A stretch of 64,000 nucleotides of DNA from assembly GCF_009834535.1 (NCBI RefSeq), contig NC_045707.1, positions 48,734,001 through 48,798,000 on the forward strand, read 5' to 3'. The translations under genes were made by a program, and so were the position numbers. Origin of the DNA: Camelus ferus. Its lineage: Eukaryota. Positions 12,855-27,278 of the stretch are shown one piece after another. Positions within the stretch are counted from its first letter, which is position 1; each line of letters starts with the position of its first letter. The notes below the pieces were generated by a model. It did not search any database. It was not told the origin of the DNA and worked only from the letters and a program-made list of their open reading frames with translations.

Positions 12855-13068
12855 ATGAAGGCCACTATCATCTTCCTCTTGGTTGCACAAGTTTCCTGGG
12901 CTGGACCGTTTCAACAGAAAGGCTTATTTGACTTTATGCTAGAAGATGAGGCTTCTGGGATAGGCCCGGAAGATCGCTTTCCTGATGTTTCTGAGTTAGA
13001 ACCTCTGGGACCAGTGTGTCCCTTCCGCTGTCAGTGCCATCTTCGAGTGGTCCAGTGTTCTGATTTGG
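12855..13068 (+). CDS. DCN: Decorin exon 2 coding part (exon begins 12822): signal peptide, propeptide, GAG site, N-terminal Cys cluster
   Basis: [38 protein letters not shown]…[17 protein letters not shown]; acceptor ttcctag|gttcc at 12821/12822, donor G|gtgagt. Confidence 0.98.
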
Positions 13069-14337
13069 GTGAGTGGGGCGCAGGCTCTCTTTACCTACCT
13101 GATCTGTTTTATTCATGGAAATGGCTTCCCTGGGAGCTTAGCATTTTCAGTTTTAATTTCTGCAATTCCAAATGTGAGAGACAGTGCCACCTAATGAGGA
13201 CGTAGGGAAGCAGAGCAGGCTAGAACATTGTAGCCTTGAAGTTAGGAAACTTTTTTCCCTTCTTTTTTTAAGTCAGCACTCCATCACTTTGCAATCTTGG
13301 ACTAGTCACTTTAAAAAAAAAAAAATTCTTTCTGAGCTTCATGGTTCCCCTTCTGTAAAATAAGATTCTGAGCAAAACAGTATCTTACGTTCTCTGATTC
13401 CAGAGTGATGGTTTATTTTAATTCGATGATTTGCTCTCATGAAGTCTTAGGTATTAAGAAAGCCTGGGTGATCTCTCTCCTCCTGCCTTAGCCAGATAAC
13501 AGAGTTTGACTATTACTAAACTGTAAACTATGCAGAATTAACAGAAGCAAAACAAATAAACTTTTAGAACAAAAATTATCTCCCAAGTACCAAAATACTC
13601 CCTTAATCCCTGGATCTTAGTTTTGCCTCTACCTTTGGCATTTTGTAATCTAGCTGTTTAAATTATTTAGAAAGTTTCATAGGAAATCTTTATAAGTAAG
13701 ATATGGTATAAGATAATCATATTCATCACAGCACATTAATCATATTAATCATCAATATAATCAGGGAGCATATATCTTTAACACTGTAAGTACAGTTTGA
13801 TTTATCATCTTTCAAGAAAAACTTGGCCTGGGAATTCCAAGAGCAATACACTCAGAAGATAAATCTCCAGAAAGTTTGGAGTCCCAGCAGATGGACCAAA
13901 GGGGAATTAATCAATTTAGTTTACATGGCAGGTAATTCACATTCCTCTCTTTCACATTCCTCTCTTCTTTCAGTTCATTTTCTTACTGGAGAGGAGAAAA
14001 AAAAAAAAAAAAAAACCCTCACAGAATGATTCTGCCATGGTGCATTTCCTTATGGAAGAAGCCCCATAGCTTAGTAGGACACTTCTTTCAGAAACCCTGT
14101 ATTTACTCAGAACATGCTTTCTAGGAGTATTTTGCAGGAAATTTTGCCACTAACTCCTAGAGTTGGAATAAACTACAAACAGGAACCCAGGAAAACACAA
14201 AACATATCAAATACTAACAACTGACAAACAAACACTTTGAGATAGATTCTTCTATGCTGACATGTACGAGACAGCCATTTGAACCCAAATAAAAAGCATA
14301 TAGAAAAGCTTTTAAAAGGTGACAGGACAGTTCCACT

Positions 14338-14475
14338 AGATTCATTCATTCATTCATTCATTCAGCAAATATATTGAGATCTCACAATGGGTCAGGTCTG
14401 TTCTGGGCCCTGAAGAGAAAGGGAGGAGGGAGAGATATGGTCCTTGTTCTTGTGGGTTTGATAGTCTGCTGGTGG
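14338..14475 (-). mobile_element. L2 3' end with (TTCA)n tail
   Basis: attcattcattcattcattcattcagcaaatatattgag…. Confidence 0.75.
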
Positions 14476-17400
14476 TGATTATTCCTTTTTTGAATCGTGT
14501 ACCCCCAACAGGGGGGATTAGATTACTATCAGCTTCTACAGAAACTTTTATAGCATCTAGAGATGACCTCTGTTACTGGTGTAGACAGAAGAATAATGAT
14601 GTTAAAAATATCTGAACAAGGGACTCACCAAATGATAGATACACTAGTGGTAACGTTTTTTAAAGGTTGCAAAAATGGCCAAGTTCTTAAGATATGTGAT
14701 GCAAGTTAAATCTCACTTTGCCTGAGAACAAGTGTAAAAGGATTCATAATTACCCCCTCCACACAGATATTATCAACAATAAGGAGTTGATAATTTTAAG
14801 GAAGAAAGACTTGTTGAAGCACTTCACTGAAGTTTTATTTTCCAAAAACTATAGTTTTACTTTGCTTTCATGAGAAGTAGTTCATAAAAACTGACTCTGA
14901 TGAAAGCATTGGGACAGTTTTCAAATTGTTCATCATGAAAACGTTCCAAGACTATTGCTAAAACTAAACAGAAAAATGTAGCCTTAGGAAACATCAAGTT
15001 CATTGACGTGGATGTCTCATGATACAGTTTTTTTTTTTTTTTTGTCCTTGTCATTGTTTTGTTTATTTTGTGTTGTTTTCTATGTTATCATTTTTTCTAA
15101 GAGCCCAGAGTGTACATTATTCCTTTGGGCTTACTGATCTTATATGCAAGAAGCAGTAGCCAAGATTGTAATCATGATTTGTTTCGGGGAACCGTATTTA
15201 AAGAAGAGAACTGAGTTCCAATGAACAATGATCTCATCCAAGTTACTTGTAGGTTTTTATTAATTCACAGGTGCAGATTTAAATATATTGTCAAAAATTA
15301 TGGTCAGATATTTCTAAAACAGAAAATACATTTCTTAAAAGGAAAAGCAACCCCCTTGCCTTTAAAGAAAACACTTGATTCACGTTTGCAACTACTGTGT
15401 AGCCTCTGCTCATATTATGATCACGGCAAGCTGTTCAGAGCCTTGACAGCTTCATCTGCAGAGTAATTAGTCAGTCTCAGACATCCTACTATCTGTATGA
15501 GGGACCTGGCTTATAGCAGAGGCTCAATACATTTTTTTCTATATGATGCATATGTGGAGTAAAAGATGAAAGAAACACAGGAGAAAAAGCAAGGACAGAG
15601 AAATGGACAACCTCACTCATGGCATTGTAGTTTATTTTTTTTGTTTTGTTTTAACTTCTCTAGTGATCTGACCACGAAGCTCGAATTATTATAATAAAGA
15701 AAAAAAAGGCCCTTTGGGATGAGAAACGTGAATGCTTGTCTGTATCAAAGACTAATGTTTTCTTAAGGCTTATTCTTGCCAGAGAATAATGAGCAGAGAA
15801 GAGCTACAGTGTTGAAGGACAATAGTGCTTTGTTATATTATTATCTAAATAGTGTTTAGCATAAGCAAACATTTCTTATTAAAATGTTTTGAGTATTTTT
15901 GCCACTAGGAAGTAATTATGATAAAGTTAAACAACATCAAATTTTTAAACAGTTCTTTCAAAGCTAGGATGTAAAGACTGTGAAACTAAAATTGAATAAT
16001 TAGTCCATGGGAAAACTTGAGGTATTCAAGAAGATACAATCGACTGTTTTAATCATCCCCTAGTTCCAACTTATCAGAAGAGCATTATAATATGTTTTTC
16101 TAGAGCATGGGGGATTGAGAAAGTAAACATATTTTAGCCTAAGAAAGTAATGAATTCTCCATTGATATTGACCAAATTATTCGGCTGAACTTGTAATTTG
16201 AATCAGAATTTTATGAAGAGTCTTATCTTCTTTTATTTCTCTATCCATTCTCTTAAGACATAAAATAATTCACCCTTAATTACGGCATTTATAAAAAATA
16301 CTATAAAAATAAATGTAGATTAGTAAATTCAGAAACCTGTAGATTTCCTTGAAATAATAAACCCACAATGTAACTCATTCTTGTCAAGTCTTTTAAAAGT
16401 GTTCTAATATTAAGCTTGTGATTGGATGCTTTGTTTTGTGTACTTAGCATCTTAAAGGAGGACAGTCCCCTTACTTATGTACTCTTTCACTCAGCCATTC
16501 ATCTTTGGAGCAAGTATCCCCAGGAAGCATTATTTGGCATTGACTTTCATCTCATTGGTTAAAGGCAGATTAGCCCTGACAGGTGAAATAAGCGTAAGAA
16601 TTGTTTTTTTGACTATTTTCCAAATTACAGAATAGTTATTGACACATTTCTTATGAACAAGTTTCAAAAGAGTTAAAACACCCTTAAAAGCATTGAATAG
16701 TGGAAAGAACTTGGATCATGCAGTTCAACACCTCTGAATGCAAGTCCTGCTTTATCATCTACTACCTGTAACTTTGAAACTTTCAAAACCTGTTTCTGCA
16801 TTGGATCCATAGGAATATATCTTACTTCATTAGGTAAGAATAGAAAATATTTGTGAAAGTGTTTATCATAGTAACTGTTATGTTCAGTTTACCATTTCAG
16901 ACAAAGGCAGCTAATAACATGAGGCTATTTCTTATAATGTTCTTTATTTTCATATATTTTATATATTTATATTTAATAAGTATGTGACTTGTCAAGCTGG
17001 ATACAAAATAGCACCTTCTCTCCCCTCCTCCCTAAAGGTCATATCACATCCAAATATAAATACACAAGAATTAGAAAATGATGTAATTATCAAAATAGTG
17101 TTCCCCAAACACTATTCCTTTGAACAAAATTGGTTAAGTTGAGTGGAGAACAATAAAGCATTTGGCCATTTTGTAATCATAAGTGATTCACAACCTACAT
17201 AGTTAGCCCTCTAGAGGTGATGCTGGAAGACAGAACATTTTATTTTGCCAAGCAAAAGCATTATAACTAATGGTTCCTAAAATATATCTTCTAATGCAAG
17301 AGAAATTTTAATTTTAAAAAATCACAGGTAAAAGCACAATCTTTTAAATTGCATAGAGTTAGTGTTCTTCTTTTTAATCAGTTTGCTTCAATTAGTGAAA

Positions 17401-19317
17401 ATTTTGCCAGTAGCCACTACTTGGACAGATGCCATAGCTTGTCTCTTATTTGGGGAAATTGCTTTTCCAGAAGCAAATCTTACGCATGAGGTAAATGGAC
17501 TATTAGACTTCTTCCATGAAATCATCCCAGAAGAATAAATTGCAGCTGTTTTGTAGAGGGACAGAGAGAATGCTGGAACCTTAGTTGCTTTCATAGTTTA
17601 CATCTGGCTTTGCAGCAACAGGAATGTGGGGTGACTCTCATTTGGAGTTTCAGCTGCACCAAAAGGGCATCTCTAAGATGCGGTACAGGAAGGAGGCTAT
17701 GCACAGAGCATGCCCAGTTCGTTGCCTAAAATGGTACTGGGTAGGGACAGAGCATGACAGATCTTAGAGGCAGCAAGGGGAATACTCAGGTGTGATCCAG
17801 ATAACCAAAGCTCCTGACTCAAGTGGTTGAAGATGAGAAGGAGGAAGACAGGGGTCAGAGAAGGCCAAAGGAAGCATCTGTCTCCTTGACCTAACTGACA
17901 CCTGACATATCCCTGGTTTCCTTCCCAGTCCCAGGAGGGAGAGAAAGGCAGCTGTGTGGGATCAAGGCATTTGGTTAGAATGCAGCTGTGGTGCATTCTC
18001 TTCTGGAAGATCATTTCTGGCTCCAGAGAACAGGATGGGAGTAGGTTAGACAGAATATTAATTTCCTGGATAAAAGAGGAAATGCAGGATACCCTCTAAT
18101 CTTAACTTTCCTCCTTCAAAGGAGTAGCAAGAAAATTATATATTTCCTTGAAAATAAGGATAAAGAAGAACTAGCCCAGTTTGCAATCGAGTCTCAATAA
18201 AAGGAAAAAGCCCTGTAGCAGCTACACTACAATGCTCAAGATTTAGTTAACCCTTGACTTAGTCCGAAGGTTGCTTTGAGGCAATTTCTGCAGCTTGTCT
18301 ACCTCTGTGTTTTCACTGTAATCTATATTTGCTTTGATGAGTCTATAAGAAGCAATTATATGTACATATATAATAATTATTTATTTTCTTTAGTTACCTA
18401 TTTAAATATCTACTCTATCAGAAGAAAAGCATGATCATTTATCTTCGGCCCTCTACTCAAAAAATGCTTTATACTTGGTAGGTTCAATCAATGTTTGACA
18501 AATGAATAGATGAACATAGGCGTGGCTTAGTGCTTGGATGAGTGCAAAATTCTACAATATTCTTGATTCTATCAAGCTGGAAACAGGAGGGAACATGGCT
18601 GACTGGGAATTAGGAGTTATGGAGCTGTGCTTTCTTACTGTTTTTTGAGGGTGACTGTAGACCTAGGAAGCTTAAACCTTCCTTAGGTTATTTGGAAAGA
18701 GAATTGAATTAAAGGGAGGACCTACTACTATTTCTGAATCCAACTGCCATCACAGTCAGATTGCCATTTTTAAGGGGGAAAGAAGGAAACATGCATGCAT
18801 GTTTAGCAGAAATGTTTTTTGATGGAGCTGGGACCCCTATGTATTCCTTTGGTCATATGCCCATAACTGAAGTGTATCACCATTGTCCTAGTTATTAAAT
18901 TGTATACAGAAATATAAAATTGTTGGAAATCAACAAGAATAAATCTTTGCGTTTGGACCTCTGCCACAGGGCAGAAAAAACAGCAGAGAAAATCATGATG
19001 TTTTAGGCCTTTGTCCAACATGATGTTTACCAGATTACTGACATTTGCTAGCAGAACAGTACTATTTATCACTGAGACAAGCTGAAAAAAATAAGTACAA
19101 TTCTCATTAGCCTGTATTTCAGAAATTATTTTCTGGTAATATCTTTAATAAATACTTTAATATATAACCCTATTTTAAAGAAGATAAAGTTTCCTTTACT
19201 GCATTTGGAAGAGCAACTAAATAATTCAGACTAGTCTTGAAAATAATTGCATTTTAATGGGGAAATTTAGAATTAAAGAATTCTCATTGAAAAATAATAA
19301 AATTTAGGAAACCACTT

Positions 19318-19820
19318 TGTTCCTTTTACTGTTGCTGAGTAAGTATTATCTCAAAACTTGGAAAGTTAAAAAAAATAAAATTCTGCTCATGATTTAAGGT
19401 ACAGAGAATTTGAGCAGGGCTTAGAAGGGCCTTTCTCACCTGGGGTCTCTCATGCATTTGCCTTTGGGTGTTGTCTGGGGCCAGAGCCATAGGGAGGCTG
19501 GCCTAGAATGGACCCCCCAGCCAGCGCGCTCTCACAACTGCGAGTTGGTGCCGCTGTCTCCTGAGAGCGCAGCTGTTCTGTTGTCAGGAGTGCCCCATGT
19601 GACCTCTCCAGTACAGTGGTCTCAACATAGACAGACATCTTACATGGCCCCTGGCTGCCCCCAGAGCAAGCATCCCAGAACTGGGTAGCAGCTGAACAAC
19701 CTTTCCTGACCTAGTTTCCAAAGTCATGCTGTGTCACCTCCTCCACATTCCTTTAGTTCATAGAGACATTGTAAGGCCATGCCAGATTCCAAGGGAGGGG
19801 AATTTGACTCCACCTTTTGA
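19318..19820 (-). mobile_element. MaLR LTR (MLT1 family), truncated
   Basis: tgttgctgagtaagtattatctcaaaactt…atgtgacctctcca…gccagattccaagggagggg…gactccaccttttga. Confidence 0.7.
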
Positions 19821-19989
19821 ACTTAAAGAAAAGAAAAAAGGGAAAATGCAGTATAATACATTGTAAGCTGTGAAAGATACAGGGAAACTAAGGCACAGAG
19901 AATTTAAGCAACTTTCCCAGTGATCTTAAGGATCAAGAAGAGGAACCAGGATTCAAATGCAAATAATAATCTTATAAAAAGAAGTTAGA

Positions 19990-20600
19990 GAAACATTTTT
20001 AAATACAGAAAGTTTACAAAATAAGATGAGACTCTCATGCACCCATTACTGAGCTTCAGCAAGTATCAACTAAGGCCAGTATGTTCCTATATATCCCCAC
20101 CCACTTTCCCCCTTCCTTATTATTTTGAAGCAAATTCCAGATACCGTATCATTTTACCCAATAATATATCAGTATGTTTCTCTGAAAGATTAAAACTTCT
20201 AAATAATACCGTGATAACCAGATTACATTTAAAATTAAAAACAGTTTAATATTATCAAATATTCATTCAATATACATATTTTCAATCAACTTATAAATAT
20301 TATTAATGTTTTATTTTACAGTTTTTCTTTGTGAATAAGAGTCCAAATGAAGTCCATACATTGCATTATTTAAATAGGTCTTAAGTCTCCTTAAAACTGT
20401 AGTTTTACCAACATTTCTTAATTTTCTCTTGCAATTTACGTATTGAAGAAATTGGGATTTTGTTGAATCCATTTCTTTAGTAGATCTTAGCATGTTCCTC
20501 ATTGACCTATTTCTTATAAATTACGAGTTACATCTAGAGGCTTAATCAGATTCAGGATTAATTGTTTATTTATTTGATTGTTTTTGACAGTACTAATCTA
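19990..20600 (-). mobile_element. L1MC-like 3' end
   Basis: ttattattttgaagcaaattccagataccgtatcatttt is characteristic. Confidence 0.65.
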
Positions 20601-23600
20601 TAGTGAGGATCTGTATCTACCTTTCAAAGGTGTGTAATTGATCCCTTCCCATGAGGAATATACGTCATGCAAAGAAACTCTTATCATTGTATTGGTCACC
20701 ACATGGGCCAGGAAAGGCAGCCTAAGACACATGTGACAAAGCTTCCTCACAAATATACATCAAGTACACAGAAGAAAGTGAGAGCAGTTTTCAGGTGCAG
20801 ATGATGAGGTTGTTATATTGGATGGTAACATTCATTTCAAAAATGTTCCTGGCCAAATACAAATCAGAAAGAAAATTACTATTATGTCTAGTTGCATCCT
20901 AGTACTTCTGGGGATGTATTATGAGAATGTATAACCTCTTGAAAGGATGTGAAGAGATGATTGTAGCAGAACGTAGCAGAAAAGGTCTTGAAACCATGAC
21001 CTTGAACTTTTCACCATGGGACAGCAGAAAAGACTATGATTTTACAACTAATCAATCAAAAAGCTACTTCTGTATATAAGGCAGTGAGATCAAAGCTCTG
21101 GTGAAAAATAGTCCTTTGTTCCTACTTACCCAGATCTTAAAGAAAAGAAAGAAAAGGGAAAATGCAGTATAATACATTATAAGCTGATACATAAGAAGTT
21201 TGGAGGGGTTTGTTATTGGAATGGTTGTGATGAATACTATAGGGGATTGGGGGGGATAGGTACACTTTAAAGGACTGTTAGAATGGCAGTAGAAGAAAAT
21301 GAGTGGGTGGAGTGTTCCATAAAACATAAATTATAGGAACAAAAATGAGTAGCTAGGAATAAGCACAGTATGTTCAAGGGACAGTGTAGACCAGCATCTT
21401 TTAAAAATATGTACAGTGTTTATGTGAATACATGGTGCATCAGATAGTTCTAGAGTGAGGACTCATACCATCTTGTCCTTGTTTTAGTTTACCCATGAGG
21501 CACCGTGGATAAGCCACTTAATTTCATTGGGTTTCTGTTTCTTTACTTATGAAAAGAGAGTACTGGACTAGCTTAAAAGTTCCTGATTTCTGGGACAGGT
21601 CAAGTTTTTTGAATGTTGACCAAGTTGATTTCTAATGAAGGTCAAAACCAACAAAATAACAACAACCTGCTATCTACTATTAGAATAATTTTTTTAAAAG
21701 AAGGTATATTTAAAATGGGGCTGGAGCTAGTCTCAGAAGTGTGTGTGTCTGATAATTTATATTAAAACTAACCAAAATGCTCTCATTTTTGTCTGATTTT
21801 GATATAGACTAATAACTTCATCACAGATCATCACTAATCAGCATTTGGGAACCAAAGACTAGCTGATACTTAATGGTCCTTCCCTTTGTGACATTCTAAG
21901 AGCTCATAACTGGGATAATGTCCCCTTTGTATTCTGCCTGTAGTTTCTGAGCAAGCTAGTTAACACCTTGATGCCCTGTCTAGCCCTTAAATTTACAGCA
22001 TGTTTTTAGGTCCAATGTCAGAACAAGTCTTGTTGGGGATACAAATAGGCACAACAGGGGAAAGATACCCTGGTGGAAACCAGGAGAATAGTCTTTCCAT
22101 CTGTATTTCATCACTCCTGGCTATGTGAGCTGCTTCATGTCACTAAACTTTTTCTAAAAATCATCTGGAAAAATGAAACTATCATACTGCCTTATGGACC
22201 TCACTGGATTGCTGTGAGGTAAAGGAGATAACTTATTTTCAGTTTTTCATGAACTGTAATGCTACATAAATAGAAAGTTTTAATAATAAAATACTGATAC
22301 GTGAAGTCCCGCAAGTGAATATGAATTTTTGAGTAATTCAGAGAAGATTGTTGGGTTGTGATTTTAATCACCAAGATGACTCTCTGAGAACTAAGCTGCA
22401 AAAGCCACAAGCCTGAACCATTTTTTATGTTAAATCTTCAGGGAAAAAATGTATATAATTCAACCTAAGCAGTTCCTGTTATTATAAAATTCTAGGATGG
22501 CAACGTAATCAAAGCTGTCAGCCATCCAGATATATCATTTTTTCTCTCCCCATCTGAAATTTATCTGCACTTTGGCATTGAACAAATGTTAAGGGAGCCA
22601 CTAGAACTGAAGTTCAACAACATCTAAAAGTAAGCATAAGTGGGAATTAAGACTTCGACAATGAGGCCACGGAGTAATGATGAAACACAGGCAGTAACTT
22701 TTTTCCAAATGAAAGGAAATATGTATTTTCTTAGTTGGAGAACCCTAATTATCAAAGATTTGGCAGAAAGTCTACCACTCCTAATTGCATGAAATTAGCA
22801 AACTGACATTTCTGAAAATGGCAGTGATCGTGACTATGTAGTGCGTTAAATATCCTCCTACAAGGTAGCTGTTCATCACTGAAAACACTTCATTTTTATT
22901 ATTCCTCTCTGAATTATTTCTCTAGTGAATTCTTGGAATATATTTATGCATGTACAGAATCACCTGCACTTTGGTATTCAAATTTATATACATAGTTGAC
23001 CACAAATTGGGAACTAAACTTTTTTCCCCACTATCAACAGAGCAGTGATAATATGAACTAATTTTTTTTTTGGAAAGAACTCAGAAGTAGGTGATTTCAG
23101 ATACATTTTCTGTGATTTTCATGGATGACATGAAGATAGGAATGTGGCCATTATGATAGTTTACCTGTATATACTTACATAAGATTCAAACTTGAAATGG
23201 TATCTTCCCAACATAGCAGTTATTATATACCCTGTTGCAATTTTCTTTTTAATTGAAAATTGCAAATTTAATTCTTTTTTCTGTGAGGATATGGGCAGTG
23301 TCTGTCTTGTTCCTGCTGTATCCCCAGGGCCTAATAAATTGATGGTGTCCAGAAGGTATCCAGTCAGACTTAATTGAATGATCCTCTGCACTTCAAGTCC
23401 CAGATATGACAGAGGGTTGAAAAGCATTTTTGATTTATGTTATATAGTCTCAAAATATGAAAATGATCACATGAATTTGAATTAATAAAATACCAAATTT
23501 TTGCTTAACATCTTACATCAATATGGAAAAAAGCCAGTGGAAGAGAGAAAAGTAAAATATTATATAATGTAATATTTTTCTCCATTAACATTCATAATGA

Positions 23601-24436
23601 TGATTTATTTTAAATACCATGCCTTTTGAATAAAAGTTTATCCTTTTACATCTACTGAAATATTTTAATATCTTAAGAGCATTTGGTTATTCAGTGTGTT
23701 TACATTTATAAACGAAAAGCAGTAACTTAGTTATTTAGACTTAAATTTAAAGTCCCAAAGTAATGCTACATATAATAAGTTTTAAAGAAATTACATTAAC
23801 TAATTTTGTTTATCTTATTCTGATTAGCTGCATACCCTTTGGTCATAAAAGTGATACTGTTTTGACATTCCAATTAAAACTGAAAGTTCTTTCAAAAGCT
23901 TGAATAAATTTTCAAGTTGTTGCCCCAGCAACTTGGTTGCATATTCATATAACTTTAATTTTATATGTAGATCTGTGACAGTGTTAGGGTTATCAAAAGG
24001 ATCTTTAATGATTTGGCTAAAGCTCTTCTATACTGTAAGGGTATTTATGTAGAAAGGTATAGATTTATAAATTACTCCCACTTAACACTTATGAAAGGAA
24101 TTACTTTCTAGAACAAGAACAATGAGGTAAAACACTGTGCACTGAGATATCTGAGCCTCACTCTTACAAAATATTAATTTTCCTTTTATGCAGAAGAGTA
24201 ATTACATGGGGGAAATAATGTGTTCCATTTATGATTTTAAAAAAATCATTTGACTTTGTTGGAAAAGGTAAAGCAGATATTTCAAACTACAAATAATACA
24301 TTTCCTAGAAGAAGAAAAATATAGTAGTGGTAAGACTACCACTGCAACAGTGATTTCTTTGTAAACATAACCTTTGTGATTCTGTAGTCAGGTGTCCCTT
24401 TATACTGACTGCACTTTGCTTTTACTCTCATGCTAG

Positions 24437-24549
24437 GTCTGGAAAAAGTGCCAAAAGACCTTCCCCCTGACACTGCACTGCTGGACCTGCAAAACAACAA
24501 AATAACTGAAATCAAAGATGGAGACTTTAAGAACCTGAAGAACCTTCAT
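24437..24549 (+). CDS. DCN: Decorin exon 3
   Basis: tag|GT CTG GAA… gives (G)[37 protein letters not shown], then |gtaag; 113 nt. Confidence 0.97.
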
Positions 24550-24994
24550 GTAAGAAATTTTTCTTTTTAAGTTGTAATAAGATCTGACTCAAAGTATTTT
24601 TCAAAATAAAATTTAGATGAGGCCAAGGGTACTATATGGTAATAAGTAAGCACGTAAGTGTTTATTAAATTCTCTTTTTAGGAGAGAGATGAGGGAGCAA
24701 AGTGTTGTGCTCATTAACCCCTAAAAAATTAGCCAATTTTCTTACATATACCCATACAGCTTAGGATTGCCTTCCTAAAAAATATGTTATATCTTAATCT
24801 TCTCACATGTTTTATCAATAAAAATCTTTATCTTCCCAACTAGATTGCACTTCAGTAGTGGAACAAAACACAAAATGGACTGACCTTAGCCTTACTTTAT
24901 TTCATCATTTCTTTTGTTTTCTTTCATTCCTTTTCTAAGAGGTGCAAATAACTTTGTATAGGCTCAGAGATTGGCACCAAGGAAAAAAAACATG

Positions 24995-25029
<35 letters not shown>

Positions 25030-26604
25030 GTCATACATCTTGCCTTGTATTTAGGATTATGCATGCTGCATCCTTATCTGTATCTGTGTTTCTACTCTGA
25101 TTTTCCATTAACCTCTACTATAATGTGGTACAGTCAGGCTACCAGTCAGAATTCCAGCAGAAAAGAGGTAGCATAATCAAGACAAGATTTAGTTATCAAC
25201 TTTCTGACAGCCAAGATGAGAAAAGCAATAAACATCTGTTAGGAGAAAATTTACCAGATTTTTAAAAGGAAGCAAAGAATTTTTCTTTGAGATTTTAAGA
25301 TTGTCCATGGAACAGTTAACAAAAATAATAGCACATAATAAAATGGCACCATTAAATTATTGAAGTATCCAACAATATAATATAAGCACATTATAAATTG
25401 TGAAGGTTATGGGCAAAAAGTAAGAGGGAAAAAAAAAAAAAAGACATGATAACTACATTAGGTTACCCAGTCAGTGTTTTGAGAGAATATGGGACAAAGG
25501 AATCATAAACGATTAGCAGAATTTTGAAAGGGAGAGAAAAGGGTTTTCTGTGCAAGAGGAAAGAAAGGCAGAAGAAAGCGAGCAGCAGGCAAATAAAAAT
25601 AGAAGATGATTAAGGTGAAGGATACAGGCGCCACGACAGTGGAGGTAAGGCTTGAGCTGGAGATCTCGAACCCTGGACCAGTGAGACCCTTCTCTGTGCA
25701 CTGGACATGGGCCCCTATTCACCTTCTCTCCGTGTTCATATTATGGTTTCATTGGGAGCAAGCTGATGGTGACACCAACAAAGTTTATCACTGATTATTT
25801 AAACTATCCCTGGAATAAGTTAAAAGAGGTGAAAGTAAAACTGAATATTACTAGTTTCAATAAACCAAAGTATTATAAAGCTTCATTTCATTTGCATGAA
25901 TCTACCCTAAAGCTACATTTTTTTAAGGAAGGAAAATTCTCTTAATCCCACTTCCTGTATTTTAAGTATAATCTGAATAATTTGTGTAAACTCCTCATGT
26001 CCTTAAATAAGAGATACCTAGTTTCTGTGACATTCTCATTAAATCTGGCATTTGTAATAATGTGTTCTTTCTTTTCCACATCTCCTTCTAGGTATGTTTT
26101 TAGGCAACTTATCATCTTGGCAATCTCTTTCTTTCTACTTTAAAGTATACACTGGATGTAGAGAGTTTATTAGAGCTTCTAACCATTCAGAGGATGTTGA
26201 ACAGCTATTTTTGTCTTGCTCTTTCATTCATGATCATTTCTATCCTTGTTATTATGCAAGGTAAACATCATAATTTCACCTGGGAAAGGCACACTTGAAT
26301 GAGTAGGAAGGGAAGAAATGAGAATTTACCAAGGATTACAATTGAAAGTATTTAACAGAAGAATGTTCCTTTATTCTCAAGAATTTTACCAGTTTACAAC
26401 TGTGGCTATAAGTGGTACATGTTGCTTAAGAGTAGTCTTATACTTAAATATAGTAGAAAAACTGCATAATTATTGTATAAAATAATGGAAAATTAAGTAT
26501 TATAATGCCAACAATCAATATATTTCCTTTGAATTAAAGCTTAATAAATCTAGTGAAAGAGTTTTTTTTTTAATTAACAAAACAAAAATCGTCAGGATTG
26601 AATA

Positions 26605-26845
26605 ACAGCAAATGTTTGTTTAGCAATTACTATATACTAGGTACTGTTCTTAACATCTTATATACATTAATTTATTTAATTTTTATAACTGTTCTAATGA
26701 AGTAGACACTCTTGATAACCCCTTTATACAGATGAGCATACTCAGGCACAGAGAGGTCAAGTTACTTGCTTATTGTGACACAGCAGATAAGAGCCAGAAC
26801 TTGTGATCTAAACTCAGGAGCAGTCTGGCTTGAGTCTGTGCACTA
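26605..26845 (-). mobile_element. MIR SINE, near full length
   Basis: tttatacagatgagcatactcaggcacagagaggtcaagttacttgc. Confidence 0.8.
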
Positions 26846-26967
26846 ATAATTGCCTGTAAATATGATAGTAACCATAAAATCCCTTAAAACAACACCTGGC
26901 ACAGTGTGCCCTACATAAGTGGCTTTGGAGAAAATTGTCCATAACATTAAGTCAGGTTTCAAGATTG

Positions 26968-27278
26968 TTTTTCAGTTTTATTGAAATATAATTGGTGTAC
27001 AACACTGCATAACTTCAGGGTGTACAGCATAATGATTTGACTTGCATATATTGCAAAAGGATTACCATAATAAGTTTAATTAACCTCCATCATCTCATAC
27101 AGGTATTTTAAAAAGAAGAAAAGCAGTTTCCTTGTGATGAGAACTTTTAGCACTTACTCTCTTAGAAACATTCAGAGATACCATACATCAGTGTTCACTG
27201 TAGTCATCCTGTTGTACATTACATCCTCAGTACTTATTTATCTTACAGCTGGAAGTTTGTACCTTCTGACCATTTTCT
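26968..27278 (-). mobile_element. L1 3' end (L1MA9-like, laurasiatherian type)
   Basis: ttttattgaaatataattgg…gtgtacagcataatgatttgac…gtgatgagaactttt…ctggaagtttgtaccttctgacc. Confidence 0.8.

Noticed and set aside
13069..13205. ORF-track extension of exon 2; likewise the tail of 29781-30191 and the head of 38107-38304
   Set aside because: Read-through into introns beyond canonical splice sites; decorin similarity stops at the splice junctions.
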